From positions 62,001 through 126,000 of IMG/VR virus record IMGVR_UViG_3300046559_001153: a DNA stretch of 64,000 nt, one strand, 5' to 3'. Both the position numbers and the translations under genes were made by a program. The notes under the pieces are model-generated. The model was not told where the DNA came from. It did not search any database and saw nothing but the letters and a program-made list of their open reading frames with translations. How positions within the stretch are numbered: the first letter of the stretch is position 1; each line of letters opens with the position of its first letter. Positions 63,416 to 64,000 of the stretch are shown here, piece after piece.

Positions 63416-64000
63416 TTCACAATACCTTGACTGGGCGACGCGTCTCGATGCGGCGATTGCTCCCGCGCACGGTAAGGTGGCTGCAATTTTTGCGGAGATT
63501 CGCGAAGTCCTGCGTACTGTCCGACGGGAGAACGACGAACTCAAGTCGCGGAATGTGGAGTTGCAGGCCCAGTTGAATCAGGTGCATTCGCACGTCAAGA
63601 CGGCGTTGGAGCAGCTTCGCGTTGACGTGTTGGAGTCGGGCTACATTCCTGATTCGTGGACGCTTGTGGAGGAATGCAAGATGTCTGGCGATAAACTCGC
63701 AAGAGTGGCGGAATGGCATCGGCGGATGGTTAAGGCTGAGGACGAACTCGCCCGGCTGAAGCATCCGCGATCCTGCGAGTGGGTCTACCCGCCGTTTGAC
63801 GAACCGAGGAAGATGCCGGTTGTCGGCGAGATCATCGAGTGGGAGATGGAGAAAAGCTGCGGACTCGGTTTACAAGTTATGCGATGGTCAGAGGAATGCT
63901 CACTCTGCTACGCGACCAAATGGCGTTACGTCGTCGCTCCCGCCGCACCATCCACATTCTGCCCGCATTGCGGAAGGGAATTGTCATTCACGAATGATAC
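63402..64000 (+). CDS. Hypothetical protein, truncated by window end
   Basis: GAAAGGA SD; frame MPMNDSQYLDWATRLD... stays open to position 64000. Confidence 0.55.
   Translation, partial: MPMNDSQYLDWATRLDAAIAPAHGKVAAIFAEIREVLRTVRRENDELKSRNVELQAQLNQVHSHVKTALEQLRVDVLESGYIPDSWTLVEECKMSGDKLARVAEWHRRMVKAEDELARLKHPRSCEWVYPPFDEPRKMPVVGEIIEWEMEKSCGLGLQVMRWSEECSLCYATKWRYVVAPAAPSTFCPHCGRELSFTND

Noticed and set aside
1-64000. Stop-codon reassignment, diversity-generating retroelement, or terminase/major capsid genes
   Set aside because: Recognisable genes are full length with TAA, TAG and TGA all used as stops; no reverse transcriptase, terminase ATPase or HK97-fold motifs recognised
1-64000. Assignment of a specific host phylum
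   Set aside because: Only indirect hints (SD variant, Tat-like peptide, GC level); not supportable from this sequence

Overview
64 kb segment of a large dsDNA tailed-phage-type genome (standard genetic code; essentially every credible gene is on the + strand and tightly packed; no rRNA, tRNA or CRISPR array seen). 1-20 kb: replication/recombination module (Toprim primase, UDG-like/family-A DNA polymerase fusion, DGQHR/ParB-like protein, dNMP-kinase-like protein, long acidic-tailed SSB candidate, RecA, MazG-like pyrophosphatase, RuvC-like resolvase, a GT-A glycosyltransferase). 20-33.6 kb: large unknown genes with structured leaders, a probable portal protein interrupted by a LAGLIDADG intein, three more glycosyltransferases and a membrane-anchored NucA-type nuclease. 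33.6-64 kb: about 75 small accessory genes including ThyX, an HD protein, a GNAT-like protein, a J-domain/pseudokinase fusion, two secreted 'moron'-like genes and several internally expanded paralog families. Most notable observations made directly from the sequence: (i) an 18-bp palindrome TA(A/C)CTTTTNNAAAAGTTA found 7 times, always at gene boundaries (candidate operator/regulon); (ii) 18-19-bp direct repeats flanking individual accessory gene cassettes; (iii) multi-hairpin RNA-like leaders at about 20.0-20.5 kb; (iv) apparent ACG/CTG start codons; (v) a 27-unit (Cys-Ser-X) repeat protein. All functional calls are motif recognition by eye; no database search was run and the host cannot be determined.
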